A stretch of 64,000 bases of DNA from the NCBI RefSeq assembly GCF_003918875.1, contig NW_025766059.1, positions 310,001 to 374,000 on the forward strand. The letters run 5' to 3'. How positions within the stretch are numbered: the first letter of the stretch is position 1; each line of letters starts with the position of its first letter. Positions 38,801-50,699 of this stretch are shown in pieces. Source of the stretch: Haliotis rubra (lineage: Eukaryota). Under the pieces are notes generated by a model. It saw only the letters and a program-made list of their open reading frames with translations, did no database searches and was not told the origin of the DNA. The position numbers and the translations under genes are program-made.

Positions 38801-40184
38801 TAGGGGAGTAGTAAACAATGCCTAATATTAGTAGCAAGTTGCTGGTGATGATTTCTAATTTTAACCATAAAACGTTCACCGAGATACTTTTCAAAACTGT
38901 TGCTACTGTTGATATATTTTGTTTTATCAATGCTACAATTCCACCCAAATTCCGAATTTGCTCCAGGCTTAGCTGTGAGCACATAGAGTATACAGTTTTT
39001 GACAACAATGGACAGGCGACGACTCAGCAATGGACAGATAGAGAAACAATAGCACTTCCTTGACCAGTTGATGTGATGGCAGGCACGACCAAGGGGGATG
39101 ACCAATTAACGCAATAAATGTCACATACAATAATCAATGACAGTGACAGAGTGGTACAGGGTGGCTGACAAGACGATGTACACTGCGGTAGTGATAAGGA
39201 TGAAGATTGCAGATTGAATAATTACAATTAAGTCACACATTTCTTGGCTACCTAGTTTTTGGTCTTAAGAAATATTTGGACTATGGCTGTCCTGTATTAG
39301 ACACTATGACAATAGGAATAAAAAGAATGTTCGATTTCGGCTGAGTGGATGTGAGCAGTTTGGTTTGTCAACTGTGATACTAATCAACGACAAATAGATG
39401 GAAGTTTCGTTTGAATTGGGTATAGCTCACGTTAGCCAAACGTAAATAAATAAGCAATTTCCCATTTCTTCAACATATGTTCTTGTTTCTTTGTTATTTT
39501 AAGGACACGTAGACATGCAGGCATGATTGGTATATGTTACAATAAGCCTTTGGTAGATTGTGATTTGAATAAATCTTTACCTAAAATAATTTTTGGGGTA
39601 AAGTTTAACTCTCCCAGTACCAATCAAATCGTGCACACGTGATGGGTACACTCATCATTTTTCAAACACATGTATCTTCACTGTTGGATAGTGATTCAGA
39701 ATCACATGCTTATGATATGGTTGGAATCATGGACCTTTCGTAGAGATAGGTTATGGTTTAGGAACGTTTTCTTCGGCTATTTTCACATCGAAATGAAATA
39801 GTCATGGATGAGGATCTAGAACTGACCTGCTACAGCAGTATTGATGGCTGGAGTCCCCGCAACATCCATAGCTGCACATAAAGGTCGTACCATTACTGTT
39901 GCAATGTGAACCGTCATGTGCTGAAAAGACATATTCAGGTAACCTGGCTTTTCAGGTACGTGTAACTAATACATTTAATACAATTAACTTATTAACGTAA
40001 TTTGAGCTCAAAAACGATATCGTTTTCTTGAATTTACGTATACATGCCAGGCCTGTTTAAATGTGTTGGAATGATGTCATGTTAGATAATTGTACATAGG
40101 TTACAAAGAATACGTGTCACACCTACCTGAGACCAGATGTCGAAACAGCAGCACACTTACTCCAACAAAACAATGTATGTTCAT
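29888..40184 (-). CDS. CYYR1/Shisa-like single-pass membrane protein, copy 2 (175 aa); exons 40184-40127, 39920-39827, 31740-31553, 30075-29888
   Basis: GT-AG introns with consistent phases 1,2,1. Translation: MNIHCFVGVSVLLFRHLVSA-HDGSHCNSNGTTFMCSYGCCGDSSHQYCCSS-GNNAETTATVALIIGIVCSAVLTVVVIVGLVMCCVRCCCR...QPPPSYPPGPVPAY...; 6-Cys ectodomain, TM, Cys cluster, PPxY motif. Confidence 0.85.
31098..31350 (-). mobile_element. SINE-like short retroelement with (ACTC)n tail
   Basis: Head cccgtgaaggtccgggttagaat, tail aaactccctccctcactcact; a second, deleted copy lies on + at about 62225-62420. Confidence 0.75.
32310..32590 (-). mobile_element. 5'-truncated tRNA-derived SINE with (CTCAC)n tail
   Basis: Matches the full copy at 61697-62037 and the fragment at about 54465-54603. 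Confidence 0.8.
34960..37010 (-). mobile_element. Second decayed LINE RT fragment
   Basis: SYRPISVLSCFGKLF, QSGFRKG, FVDFSKAFD, VRQGENLSPILF, YADD, FRTSNHNLPVEKGRY. Confidence 0.85.
37275..37400 (-). pseudogene. FLYWCH-type zinc-finger fragment (MULE transposase-derived)
   Basis: EFVTSQKGTSQVLLDGYVYNKN...HWKC, truncated after the first Cys. Confidence 0.55.
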
Positions 40185-40727
40185 AATGGCTTCTTCTGGT
40201 ATGCTACAACAAATATCAACAAATCCTTGATATGTTACAGCCTGATGCACTAATAACACTATTGTAACTGTAAGCTGTGTGTGTGAGGTGGTCGTCTAAC
40301 TCCACTGTGACAGGGAAAGGACGCGTGATCTTATCAGCTAGCGTTCAGTCAATACATACATAATTTATGATGACATAAGTAAGTGTCTGTTGGGCACAAC
40401 TACATTCATTGGGCCCAATGTCTCTCGTAAGAAAACAATGTCACTGATTGAAACATTTACTTGTTTCAAAATTTCCAAAGTTTATTATAAATGCAGACAC
40501 AAACAGATTTTATAATTTTAAAAGAAATTTCTGAAGTATTTGTTTGTTATTTACAAATAGACAACATGCCCTTCCGGACGCATAACAGAGCAACTATACT
40601 GTACTATATACAGTCAACGTTTAAAATGCGTTGTCTGCATGACATAAACACTTATCTCCTTAGCAGTTTAGGTCCTAAGGTGTTCCACAAATATTTATAT
40701 TTTGTCTTGTCTTCCCAACATTTATTT

Positions 40728-40875
40728 GACTTGGCCCAGTGGTTTAAGCTTTCGCTCGTCGTGCCGAAGGCCTGGGTTCGATTCCTCACATGGGTACAAT
40801 GTGTGAAGCCCATGTCTGGTGTCCCCCTGATTTTGCTGGAATATAGCTAAAAGCGTAAAACCATACTCACTCACA
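40728..40875 (+). mobile_element. tRNA-derived SINE
   Basis: A box tggcccagtgg, B box ggttcgattcc, (ACTC)n tail. Confidence 0.8.
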
Positions 40876-43800
40876 CACCCAGTCGCCTAAGGTGCACTGC
40901 TGTGTTGCGTTTCTTTGGTTTGTGGAGTCTACTAAAGCCCCATGTGGTAACTGCTACCAATCCTGAATAAACAAAATAATGCACCAACAAATCTCTTAAT
41001 TACTACCTTTAACTTTGGCATAGAGTAATACAGTCCTGTTTGTTCATATTAATTACGTGAAGCCCATTTCTGGTGTCCCCCGCTGTGATGGTGGAATATT
41101 GCTAAAAGCGGCGTAAAACCAAACTCAGTCAGTCAGTCGTATTAATTACACTAACTCTGTTCAAGACAGTAAATGAAAATATATAATAGACAAACGAAGA
41201 AGTATGATGAATTCTTTGAACATCGAGAGCTGGTTAGTGGACTGTTACTAATCTAAAGTGACCATCCGTAAATGTCTTAAACAATCTGAAGGACAATCTG
41301 ACAGCGCATTGCCAGACAGTCTGAGCAGTGTCTACAGTGATTAATGAAAATGAGCCACAAGTGAACGCTTCATCTTAAAAAGAGTATTTTAGGACAACGA
41401 AAAGATGTTGATGAACTGCATAACATATATAAACGTGAGTTTCAACTTGAAATAAGACAAGAGTCACTCTCTAATTTGTTCAGCACCACAGTGTACAGGT
41501 TTTTCATTTGAGATGGGTAATATATGTATAAGTATTGATAAGCAGCCTTATAGAGCCCATTGAGGTGAGCAGTGTTTACGGGATATATCGCTTTTAAATT
41601 AAAAAAAAAGTACATAAGCATAGTGTAAAAGTAAAAAATACAATATCTGTGGTTGTATAGCCTTCTGTTGTATTTCCAAAACGTATTTCTTTACTTCTAA
41701 GCAGTGGTGTCGCTGCTCTGCTACACAGCAGTACTAATTCAGAATAAACAACCAGGTTCTGATTTCTTCATCACTTGATTGTCTGGTTCGTTCACAGGCC
41801 GCCATCTCAAGGCAGCAGTAATGCTGTGTGGAGTCACGCTGTAAATACACATGAGGTAAATTGCGTGAATGACGGGTGCAACCGGTAGGGGTGACATGCA
41901 AACCCTTTTCACGAACACCGATTTTCAGTGGTCCATTCGCATGATTTTCACAGCTAATGTGACCTCCACATCAAACGAAATATATTTCTAAGGATAGTCA
42001 CGACTGGGTATTGCTTTGTACCAGTTTATATATTGTCTTAAACCTGCTTGTTCTTCCACATTATGTTGAGTCAACCTGCCCAAATTGTAAGCCTTCTGTT
42101 ATGGATAGTTTTCAAGGTAAAAATGTTAAAATATAAACGAAATCATTTAAAATCTAAACGAATATCCATAACTGATGTCATCATCGTTATATAGGACTGA
42201 ATAAAGTGCACGTAATGTCATTTTTATTAAAAAAATTAGTTGTACATATTTTTAAATGTTACATGTTACATATCACATGTAATCAATAGGATACTAGTAG
42301 ATTGACAACTGTATGCTTTTAACACTTTTAGAGAATATTTATATAAAGATGCTAATATCAGAGTCTATACAGCTATGGAAATACATGTATATTGGTCTAC
42401 AGTCTTTGCTTACATTCCACGTTAAATTTGGACTTATCCGAAGCAAGTAATTATTAATATATTACGAGGCAAATAAAGTGTGTAGCGATGACAAATATTT
42501 TGTAAATCTATCACATGAACAGGTTGTAAAAACAATACATTTTATGGCATGATTGTATTGGCAGCAGATTCTAAAAATGTTCTTTTGATCAGGAACTATT
42601 CCATACTTTCGTTGTGAAAATTTGTCTGTTTAAATAGAAGCAAAATTATATTCAAAGGATCATTTCGATTTTCCTTTAATCAAAATACAATGTAGTATGA
42701 TTGGTGGAGTGAGTTTAATCCTTATTCCAGCATCAGACATGAGCCACTCTTCAATTTTCTTTCAAAATCTATTTATCAAATTACAATCCCCAGGTGAAGA
42801 AGGTGAAGAATGGTTTCATTTGAAATATTACAATAGCTGTACAGTGATGAGTCACTGACTTTTATTTTATGTAAATAATAATTTGTGCCTAAAATATTGT
42901 TAATAATTTTCATTTGGAACCATCTTAATTCCGTACTCTGTGTTCATCTAAATGGTATAATGTTATACATTCTCCAATCTGATTCATCAATGTTAGATTC
43001 AAGTATGGTTTCCCATTTTAAATTTGAGGCTGATTTCTTGGCTATTAACGGAAGAAGAGTGATACAAAACAACTTGCTACCCTTATCAGAGTCTAACAGT
43101 TTATTAATGTAGTAAGGCACTATAGGCAATTCTAATGATAAGTGATCTGAGATTAGGGTAGCAAAATTACAATTTTTTTGTAGGTGTTTCACACAGCTGA
43201 GCAAGATAAGAAGTTGGCATTGCACTGAAATTTAGCTACAAATTCCTTAAAATCAAAATATTTTCCATCATTATCCAGTAGGTCTTTAACCGACCTTACT
43301 CCTTTCTTGTACCAATCTGAGTAAAAAGGTGTTTCATCACCAATAATTAGTTTGTTGTTGAACCACAAAGGAAATGTCAGAAATTCCTGTACACATGGTG
43401 ATAGCTGCAACAAGGTTTCAATGTAATCTGCCCAAGCCATAAGTACATCGCTCCAAAAAGGATTATTCATGTTGTCAGCATATTCTCTTATTTGACTTGG
43501 GCCAATTTCAAAGAAACTTACTGGTAACGGGGGTAGATTTACAAACAAAAGATTTTGGAGGTTTGAGTCTTTTGTCAAGAATCTTTTCACCCAAGACAGT
43601 TTTTGTGACTGGATTGTTTTAAAGATATGTGGTACTTTAATTCCTCCATCTTTATGTGTACAGTACATTTTCTCTCTTTATTTTGTCAGTCTTTCCACCC
43701 CAAATAAATTGAAAACAGTTCCGTTGTAGTTCGCCGAAAATGTTCTGAGTTGGATTAGGTAACATTGAGAAGAGATGGTACAATTTAGGCAAGACAAGTG

Positions 43801-45511
43801 ATTTCAGTATTGTATTTCTTCCCAATGCAGTTAATGTCCGGAATGACCAGATTTTCATTAAATTTAACATGTTTTGTAGTTTATCATTATATTTTTTTCC
43901 TACCATCACATCCAAATCTACATCAAAGTCTATTCCAAGCAACTTAAAACTCTCTACCCATTCAAGATTCCATTTGTTACATAGTTTATGTTTTGATCTC
44001 TTTTTAGATCCAATCCATATAATTTTGCTTTTTTCAAATAAGTCCTGAAAACCTAGCAAGAAAGTTAGTTCATATATTGCTGTATATAAAGATTTTTCAG
44101 TTCCATCCAGAATAATAGTTGTGTCATCAGCAAATTGTGAGAGCATATATTCAATATTTCCAATTCTTACACCCTTAATATTTTTTGTTATTTCTCAGCA
44201 TAATGGCAAGGATTTCTACACACAGTAAGAAAATGTATGGTGATAATGGGTCGCCTTGTCGACAGCCACGTGATATTGGAAAGAAGAGAGTAGCAAATCC
44301 ATTCACAAGGATACAAGATTTTATATCTTTGTAGAGTAGTTTTATCCATTTGTATATTACTGGGCCAAAATTGAAAAAACTTAGTACTTTATCAATATAT
44401 TTCCAGTCAACTGAATCAGAGGCTTTTTCAAAGTCTACTTGAAGAAGCAAGCCTGGAATTTGATAGTTTTCAGTGTAATGCATGATGTCATAGATAAGCT
44501 GGCCGGCTTCGCCAATATAACGACCTGCCATAAATCCTTTTTGATCTTCATTGATCAAGTGTGGCAAGACAGATTTTATTCTTTGAGCAATAACAGCTGA
44601 AGCTAACTTATAGGAAACATTAAAGAGTGAGATTGGTCTCCAATTTTAAATAAATTGTTTCGGTCTATTTCCCTTAGGGATACAAGTTATAAGTCCTTGT
44701 TATTTCGAAAGGTATCTTGGATTTATGTGAAGCTTTTTATTCAGGAAGTCTCTTGATTCCAAATTTAAAAAAATATTTTGTAGGTTTTTCTCCTTCTTCA
44801 ACCCATCATGCTTTAGCTCTTATGAGGATACCTTTAGTTTTTTCTTTATTTATATCATCAAGTTGTTGGTTGATTGTTTTTTTTAATCCTAGGTCTGTAG
44901 TCTCATCCATTTTTTCTTGAACAGAGTCTATTTCTGATAGCAAGTCCTTCTCTAGAGTTTCTCTCTCTTTTTCCTTAATGAATTTTGTATGGTTCCCCCC
45001 CACCCCACCCCACCCCGTTTTTCCAAAAGAAGCGTTTCCCAAAGAAGGCTGTCATTAATTGTATAATCATCCTGGTTATTTGAATATAGTAATCTATATT
45101 CTTTGTCACTTAAGAGGCTGTTATTGAATTTCCAAAATCCTTTTCCCCTAGTTAATTCTGTTATTAGTGTTAACTTAAATACCATTTCTACAGGTGAATG
45201 ATCTGATTTGAAAGCTGCGGTGATGTAACATGATTGTACTGATGCAATTAGATAATGAGATATTAGAAAAAAGCCAAGTCTGGACTGTTTAATTGGAGTT
45301 TTTTTGTCTCCATGTAAATCTTGTTTTATACAGATTAGCTTCAAGCCAAGGATCCTTTAAATCAAGAGTATCTATAATCTTTAATACTGTTTTTTTGCCC
45401 CTGGGTTATTAATGTGCTTGTAATTATAGGTATCCATTTGTTGATCTTGTACTAAATTCCAATCGCCATTTAGGATTGTGTAAGGGTTATCAAACTCCAA
45501 AATGATATTGT

Positions 45512-45957
45512 AACATATGTTATATTTGGGATTACACTTTCTTAGTAAAGTACAAATTCTAGTACTTTTGTTTGGTTGAGCCCCATCCGGGATTCGAACT
45601 CACACCCTCAGAGTCAGGCACCTAATCGCCAGGACACAAAGTCAGCCGCCTAACCCGCTCAGCTACCGCGACTTCCACAAAAATGGAAGTCAGGCAATTG
45701 GCAGTCTAGACTGTGGACTTTGTGTACCCCTCTGATAAGTGTTAATTGGCGTGACTCCCACGGCCGAAAGCTATGATTACACACTGCCATCCTGGCGATT
45801 AGGTGCCTGACTCTGAGGGTGTGAGTTCAAATCCCGGATGGGGCTCAACTAAAAAAAAAAAAAAAAAAAAAGTACTAGAATTTGTACTTTACTAAGAAAG
45901 TGTAATCCCAAATATAACATGTTACATTTGATCACTTTCTTAATGGCAGTGTGTAAT
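45512..45957. mobile_element. Fold-back tRNA-derived retroelement insertion
   Basis: 14-bp TSD caaaatga(t/c)attgt; about 120-bp inverted arms; Pol III A and B boxes on the minus strand; related fragment at about 55730-55850. Confidence 0.75.
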
Positions 45958-46032
45958 CAAAATGACATTGTTTATTTTCTTAAAGAAATCTGGATTGTCC
46001 CCATTTGGTCCATAGAATGTCAACAGAGTAAT

Positions 46033-47141
46033 CAGAGGCCCAGATAAGCTGCGTATCCGGGTAAAATAGCGCATGGAATTACACATTGAAAAATAATTGT
46101 TGCGTACCAATTAGGCATTTAAAATGTTAGATACGCAGAAAGTTTAAAACAAATGCGTACGGAATATATTTATTAAAATCGCTTGAGTAATGTAAAAGAC
46201 ATCGATTGCTATCAAGTTGTACTGTTAGTATAGGACAAGTGTTGTACTGTCAGCATAGGATGAGTGATTTTTAATGAAATCATTTCCATTATATTTAAGT
46301 TGGTTTTGATTAACCGCCTCGTTTTCCATTGACTGCTAGTTTACAGTAACATCGGTAAAAATGTGTGAATTTAAATGGCTTCCGTATTTTACCCCATTCC
46401 ATGTGCATACAACTTCTGCTTACCACGTTCATGAGGGTCCGTATAACCTTAGTGTTTATTATATATATTTTACATAAAAACTGTAATAAAAATTACACAA
46501 TGCTAGGTTATATTTCTTTGGGTTAAATAATAGTACTCTGTATTATATTTTACTGATGACTGCGTCAGAATTTGTCCCGTTATATTATTGTGCATGTTTG
46601 AACTTGATCGCCAGGAAACGTGCACAGCTGATTGCTATTTCCGGCTTAGATACACATGGTAATCTTAATCCCTGCAAATAATACAATGCCCAGCAAAAAC
46701 AACTTAGAACTTAAAAGGTAAATAAGCTTGTCTAGTGATGTTTAATTGCAAATTTGACATCTCTACTGACAAAGTCGTCTTCTGTCGTTTGTTCACGCTA
46801 AGTGATACGATGTTGTTTTCTTACCCCTGGAGAAAAGTTTGACGAAAGCGTAACCCATGGATAAGACAACCGACCCCCTTCTACAGACTGCTTTTTTTGG
46901 TCCTCAATATTCGGCTTATAGACGGTAATATACGGTAGGTATGACATAAGGCAGAACATACCTGCTTAGTAAACTTACTCAATGGCACATACTTAGGTGA
47001 GTAAACAGACTGAAATACGCACATATTTGAAAGCAGTGGGTAACAGAAAAAGAAATACCCACTCAACATTCATAATACCCACTCCAAAAAAAATACAGTG
47101 AGTACAGTACTCACATGAGCTTAATCTTATCTGGAGCTCTG
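46033..47141. mobile_element. Non-autonomous DNA transposon inside the L1 EN domain
   Basis: TIR cagaggcccagataag / cttatctggagctctg; about 7-bp TSD gagtaat/gagtaac. Confidence 0.8.
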
Positions 47142-48639
47142 GAGTAACTTTCTTTTCCATTAATAAGTATATCTAAACCCAAGAAATTTCCACTATCATC
47201 AGATCTAGAATTTAGTATATCTACATCAATGGTGTCAGAAAACAGGATAGCAACATCCCGGGCATTACTTCTAAAGGAGCTGAAATAACATTTATTGGAA
47301 CCCCATTCTAATTTCTGACTCATTTTCTGTTCAATATCTTTGGTATCCTGTAAACAACATATTGATGGGTTCCTATTCCTAAGATGTCTGAAAATTTGTC
47401 TTCTCTTAAATGAGTCATTGAGGCCTCTACAATTTGCAGTTATTATTTTTAACGTTTCAGCCATAATGATCTAAGTTATAATGAAACTCAATCGTTGAAA
47501 GTACGAGTAGAACATGAAGTATCGGTATATACAGAACTGTAACCTAAATTCCTGGATAACCTTGACTCGTGGATAGCGGAAATTATCATGCTAGCTCATA
47601 AATTGTCTCGACTGACGTCACAAAGCGGTATTTTTGATGTACACACAGTGCCACGCCTCACTGACCAAAAAGTTCCGAAATTTACATGCAAGTACATTTT
47701 AAATATAATTGTCCAGCATTGAGATAAATAGACCCAGATCACCAATACCACCATTAACAAGTTGTGTGTTTACAAAATGTCAAGTAAAAAAAGATACCGT
47801 TAGCTGCAACATTCTCACTTCTCGTTGTCTGCTTTCCTTGGTGTCAATACTTACTGCAGTGGGATGTCGTACACAGTGGTATATAAAGTAACTGACTACG
47901 TAATCCACGAAACAAGGCGACGTCACATTTTGTGGGCACAGGAATGGGTGATGATTGCAAATGGCTTCCGTAAACAAACGTTTCATTCACGAGTGGAATA
48001 TTAGGCATTTCCAATTTGCTGAATCAATGAATAAAATAATCAGTGCGTATACAAAATAAAATCATGCATCTAAAATATGAATTTCGCCGTACTTCCCTTA
48101 TATCCACGAATCAAGGTTACGCGAGTGTAATAATAACAGTCAAGTGCACAAAGCAACTAAGAAAGACATGTGTGTCTCGGTGTTTTCACCATACACCAAA
48201 AATGAGGAAAAGGGCAAAGCAACATAATATAGACCTTGACGAACATAGGTCTTGCTTGTCTGGCAGTGATAACTACCATACTGGCGTCAACTCCGAGTTG
48301 GTCTCAGAGAAGAGAATGAGATCACATTCTCCCAAAAAGGATAAAACATAAGAAACGCAGGGTAGACGAGTATAACGAAGAATAAATGCCTGATAATAGA
48401 TATATGTTGTTGTTGTTAATTCTCACCTTCATAACCATATTTACTTGTGACTTCCATAAATCGGCCAGTTGTACTGTAAATAACAGGGGAGGTTACTCCA
48501 ACTCCTTGACCCTCTGGCTAACCGCTAGTGATATTTTTTCTAAATTGATGTATTTCACGTTATATAAATTAGTGTACATTTCTTATGCGTGAAATATTTT
48601 ACGATGATGCAATTATGTTTCTAGGTGTATATATAATGA

Positions 48640-49110
48640 TATAAATAAATGTTCAATAATGTGTCGACAGCTCCAGTGTAGAGCAGGCAATGTATTTCTC
48701 GCAAAGGTGGGTCACATATTTAACAGTCTACACGGTATACATAAATGTTCAATAATGTGTCAACAGTTCCAAACTTGAGCAGGGAGTATGTATCACGCAA
48801 AGGTGCGTCACATATTGAACAGCCTAACGGTATAGCGGTATACATTTTACGGTATACATACATTTTCAATAATGCGTCGACAGCTCTAACATAGAGCAGG
48901 GAGTATATATAGCGCAAAGGTGGGTCACATATGTAACAGTCTACACGGTGTATACAAATGTTCAGCAATGTGTCTACAGCTCAAACCTAAAGCGGACAAT
49001 ATATATCACGCAAAAGTGGGTCACATATTTTGCAGTCCACATGATGTAAATAAATGTTCAGTAATGTGTCGACAGCTCCAACATAGAGCAGACAACATAT
49101 ATCACGCATC
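48640..49110. repeat. About 96-bp tandem repeat, about 5 diverged units
   Basis: aaatgttcaataatgtgtcgacagctcca...gcaaaggtgggtcacatat recurs near 48647, 48742, 48860, 48956 and 49052. Confidence 0.85.
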
Positions 49111-49160
49111 CGTCGGACGTAGTATTTGTGCCAGTTTGTAAGTCAGTTCAGATGTTAGTC

Positions 49161-49889
49161 TAGGTAGACCTTGATTGTAGAGATAAATGGTAGTTGTGAG
49201 ATAGGTAGACCTTGATTGTAGAGATAAATGGTAGTTGTGAGATAGGTAGACCTTGGTTGTAGAGATAAATGGTAGTTGTGAGATAGGTAGACCTTGATTG
49301 TAGAGATAAATGGTAGTTGTGAGATAGGTAGACCTTGGTTGTAGAGATAAATGGTAGTTGTGAGATAGGTAGACCTTGGTTGTAGAGATAAATGGTAGTT
49401 GTGAGATAGGTAGACCTTGGTTGTAGAGATAAATGGTAGTTGTGAGATAGGTAGACCTTGATTGTAGAGATAAATGGTAGTTGTGAGATATGGGTAGACC
49501 TTGGATTGTAGAGATAAATAGGTAGTTGTGAGATAAAGGTGTGATTGTAGAGATAAATGGTAGTTGTGAGATAGGTAGACCTTGATTGTAGAGATAAATG
49601 GTAGTTGTGAGATAGGTAGACCTTGGTTGTAGAGATAAATGGTAGTTGTGAGATAGGTAGACCTTGGTTGTAGAGATAAATGGTAGTTGTGAGATAGGTA
49701 GACCTTGGTTGTAGAGATAAATGGTAGTTGTGAGATAGGTAGACCTTGGTTGTAGAGATAAATGGTAGTTGTGAGATAGGTAGACCTTGATTGTAGAGAT
49801 AAATGGTAGTTGTGAGATAGGTAGACCTTGATTGTAGAGATAAATGGTAGTTGTGAGATAGGTAGACCTTGGTTGTAGAGATAAATGGT
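49161..49889. repeat. 41-bp minisatellite, about 18 copies, inside L1 ORF1
   Basis: Unit taggtagaccttg(a/g)ttgtagagataaatggtagttgtgaga with period 41. Confidence 0.95.
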
Positions 49890-50699
49890 ATTAAAGTTCT
49901 TGCGGAGTTCATATGCCTTATTTGCAAGCTTGCCGCTGAAGTTTTTCAGGACAACAGGTAGGTCGCTTCGGATTGTTATTTTCCGTTCGCGAAGAGTAGA
50001 AGTGTTTTTATAGACAGCATTCATCACTCACTGTCCATCAAACATGCTGACGAATTTTACCACAATCGGTTTCGGCATTTGTGAGGTTCTAGGATTAGTA
50101 CTCTGCCTTGGCAGACGATGCACATTCACCAACTGCTTCTTGTCAACACCCGATAAGCCGATAGGAGACCTCTATTCATATCCTCACGCAGATTTAGTGA
50201 ATTCCTTGCGGAGGTTGATCGTTTTCAGAACTGTTTACATTTATAGCGTCCGAGTTATAATCTACTGTGCGAACAATTTCATCAGTTTTGACTTTTAAAT
50301 TGTTCACTTCACATTTAATAGAGTCGAGTTTGTCGGTTAGCTCGTTTGTTGGTTGGTTCAGCGAGTCTGTCATAAATTGTTTTAACTCACATGCGAGGGT
50401 CGCCATATTCACTTCAATCACCTGGCCTTGAGTCGATTCACTCTCGATTCAGCGGTTTCGCTCCTAGTTTGTAAAAATTCGGCGTACTTTGACTTTTGAG
50501 GAGAAAACAGACTACTTTGGTTGACTTTCGATTTGCTATTTTTCTTCTCACCCGCAAGTAATGTCATTGTTGAGTGATTAAGCTGCGACTCGATGTTGAA
50601 GGCTCCACAATGACCATACCTCCCTCTATTAGACTTGTTTCTATCAGAGATCGGTGCTCGTTTCGAAAATACGGTACTCTAGTCTCCAGTATTTGACAG

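Larger units (their letters stand above)
32600..39150 (-). mobile_element. Decayed LINE (APE endonuclease region about 38100-39100, RT about 32900-34900) with nested insertions
   Basis: VILKGDFKARTG, NSRGRALLDFC (EN); RPITLL, GVRQGC, LLFADD, YKYLG, GELGR (RT). Confidence 0.8.
42200..50600 (-). mobile_element. Near full-length decayed L1/Tx1-like LINE (ORF1 about 50560-49100; ORF2 47464 to about 42560)
   Basis: ORF2: MAETLKIITANCRGLN, CCLQDT, SDHSPV, GFWKFNNSLL, QKGFMAGRYIGE, RGCRQGDPLSPYIF, SQFADD. ORF1: coiled coil plus VHRL..PKPIVVKF. Confidence 0.9.

Noticed and set aside
40880-40965. Possible additional upstream exon of copy 2
   Set aside because: Acceptor-like site only; no convincing donor or homologous exon in the other copies
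49155-50027. 290-aa and 255-aa repetitive ORFs as novel proteins
   Set aside because: Read-through of a stop-free 41-bp minisatellite fused to a LINE ORF1 remnant
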